A DNA stretch of 64,000 nucleotides. Origin: Hormiphora californensis (taxonomy: Eukaryota; Animalia; Ctenophora). How positions within the stretch are numbered: the stretch's first letter is position 1; the number at the start of each line of letters is the position of its first letter. Below are positions 54,506 through 64,000 of this stretch, piece after piece. The DNA is taken from contig CM035359.1 of the NCBI GenBank assembly GCA_020137815.1, positions 1,488,001-1,552,000 on the forward strand, read 5' to 3'. Both the position numbers and the translations under genes were made by a program. A model generated the notes under the pieces. It saw only the letters and a program-made list of their open reading frames with translations, ran no database searches and was not told the DNA's origin.

Positions 54506-57149
54506 CGACAAGACATCCTTAGTACAATTTGGAAGTTCCAGCTTGATAATTTAGGGTTAATCCATGGTCTCTGTGGCATCACAATAATGTACGTACCACC
54601 TCTGTCCCAAGCACGTCACGCTATAGGAAACATTATCTCCCTCCCTAAGACCCCGGGAGTTAGCATTCACTGGTTAGTCGCGATTACTAACCCGGCTATG
54701 GATGGCCGTTCCAAAATGAGAAAGTGTGCCGAAGGACAGGAGTAAGTTAAGCCGCGGCCTGCAAAATAGTGAGATTTAACACTGAATCAACTGATTCTTG
54801 ATTTGGGGCGACTCAGAACTTCCTAGCAAGATCTATTTAGGTCAGAAAGACTGGCACCAGCTGGATAATACAGTGCTGGTCTAATCTGGCAGATAGGTAC
54901 TTAATGCTGGTCGAGTGGGCTATATTCTAGAACAAGAGCTTTATGCCGAATCAACACATTTTATTACAGAAAAACGGTACTCAGTGGCTTAAATACAAAT
55001 GATACTGCTAATACTTCAGCTGCTCGCCCGATAATCACTGCTTAAAAGGTGATGTTACACAGCTTTCCCTACCTTAACAATCATCTGGTCCCAACCTACC
55101 ACAGCTGTCCCCGTGACGCATCTGCGAGGGGTGAAAAACCATATTCAGCCACGTGAGTATACACAGTGTTTTACTTTTTAACACCTCAATTAATTGTATT
55201 TCCGACACTTCCAAATGCTTCGTAGTCTATATAATATCAACAAGGTTGTAAAACGAGCCAAGCCTCCTCGGCTTCTCATTTCTAAACCGGGGTTCCTAAT
55301 CAATGCATTACCGGCTTGAGCTAGAATCAGCCGCGTTTAGAGACTCTCAGCCGTAGTGTTATTGGTCGTTCCCCTTGATATCCTGGATAGACCTACCAAC
55401 TACCACTCTGGATATACTGATCGGGATCTTTGTTGTTGGTGGGGCCTGTTTCCGCATCGCTACCTCAGGGAAAGGGATCATAGGGAGTACCCGAACGGAG
55501 TTGATCTGTTCTAAATAATCCCCTCACCCCCAACTGCAGTTTGTGTACGCAGTCATACTCGGATAATGGAAAATTATTTATTACATTACGCGAACAGGGT
55601 CCCCGAGTAAGGCAAATGGGTATCACAGCTCTAAGACTTCCAACCACCCCAAGTCACAGTCACGCGCTACCTGGTACTGACCTTGACCTGTTCCCAGTCT
55701 GGTTCCGTCTTACGGTGCCGATTAAAACAATATTGTACTTACTTCGTAGCTAGGCAAACTGATCACATCACTCACCCATCAAAGTGCATGCGTCGATGAG
55801 TTTTGGTTTGCCTCTCTTAGCCTTGAAATCCAATTTTCCCTACATCTCCCGACTCTACTATAAACACCCAAATCGCTCCGTTGTCTCCAACGCAACTCCG
55901 TATTTATCTTTGAAAGAACGGGAGAATTATTACAACTTCCCCATTGTCGTGTTTCCTAATTCTTATACAACCCCGAATTGCTAACCAGCGCCTTCTAAAT
56001 CTACTCACACTCCGCGCCGCGATGATTCAAATGCTGTTTGTAGCTTTTAGTTACATCACACCATTCCGCGCTGTTACTGCTAAGCCAACCGATTCCTCCC
56101 GGAACAATTCTCCACCACCATACATCGCGGTGTGTATCGCATAAATGATCATACTCTCGATTCCTGGATCGTTGCCGTAATACCATCGGGGCCGGGGCAT
56201 GGGACTACCGTTGATGTTCAATGAAAAGGATAACAAGAATATTTGCACTATTATCCATAGTGCTGTATTTTTCCCCGCCATTTGGCAATGTGACAACTCC
56301 TAATGACAATGCCATCGATCACCCATGACCCTAATGAGATTCTGAAAGTGAGACAGAAACAGTGCAGTGATTGAAGCGGCCTAAATTGGCCTCCTTTTCT
56401 ATCTATGTTGAATCTCCACCAACTGACCTCATTTAATCAATGACAATACCAGAGCGCATTGTAATGACGACACATGACGAACGATGAACGTTATGAATTT
56501 GCAAACAGGAATGGGGCGCGCGGCGCCGGGCTGCGCGTTCTAAATGAAAGGCGTCATTTCAGCACTGTACTACTTTGGCGGGCGTCGCTCTTCGTGTAAA
56601 ATTGAATTAGAGCGTGTGTGAAGTTTTCAAATCAAACTGATAGTTTGAGCACTCTGCAACTGGATGGTTTCATGGATGGGTTACGTCACGGGACAAAAAA
56701 AGCGTGACACTACACTCACTAGTATGTAAACGTGTCCGAATTCTTCTAAACCCCTATCCTTTTTGCAAAAGCCTCCGGGTGAATGCTTCGGCATTCACCC
56801 GGCTGGGAAAAAATGAACTATTTGTGTAAATTGTTTTCGAATGGAACCGTTGACAGACTCATGCTGATTCCATAGTCCTAAAATCTAACATTGTCCACTG
56901 TACAGACACTGTCCTGCATATAATATCACAGAAACGGATACAACAATGCTATCCTTGTTGGGATCGAGTGCTTGTGATTTGATATACCGTCTCAATTACC
57001 TATCAAGTTCTACAACAGCTACTGCGTTATAGGCCTCCAGCTCTTGTGAACCTTGGAATTAACTTGTTCGTGTTCATTGCAACAAATGAACTGTAGGTAC
57101 TCAATGTCAACTTTCTGTGATGTTGTTGTACTGTGCAGTATACTTTCAT

Positions 57150-64000
<6,851 letters not shown>

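Overview
Eukaryotic, intron-rich animal DNA. A ctenophore such as Pleurobrachia is my inference from recalled repeat content and the nested-gene layout; I could not verify it. By hand I reconstructed spliced genes that the ORF track misses. These are the 5' exons of sarcosine dehydrogenase, a WBP1/VOPP1-like Cys-rich single-pass membrane protein with three PPxY motifs and four paralogous TM exons, and a ~17 kb LRRC59 gene. The LRRC59 introns appear to host two inverted intronless UGT genes, an F-type-lectin gene and a C-type-lectin gene. A frameshifted C2H2 zinc-finger gene lies upstream of LRRC59. Mobile DNA includes a near full-length CR1 LINE, an L2-like LINE, a CR1 3' fragment, a 109-bp hAT-type MITE family, and several kb-sized palindromic elements (Tc1/mariner-, Kolobok- and piggyBac-type ends), some nested. 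Top observations: (1) a TTAA-targeting palindromic MITE that forms a complete, precisely spliceable intron (introner-like); (2) tandem arrays of duplicated splice acceptors; (3) swappable TM first exons; (4) a candidate -1 frameshift signal joining CR1 ORF1 and ORF2. Sequence beyond the N gap (54.4-64 kb) looks like assembly artefact.
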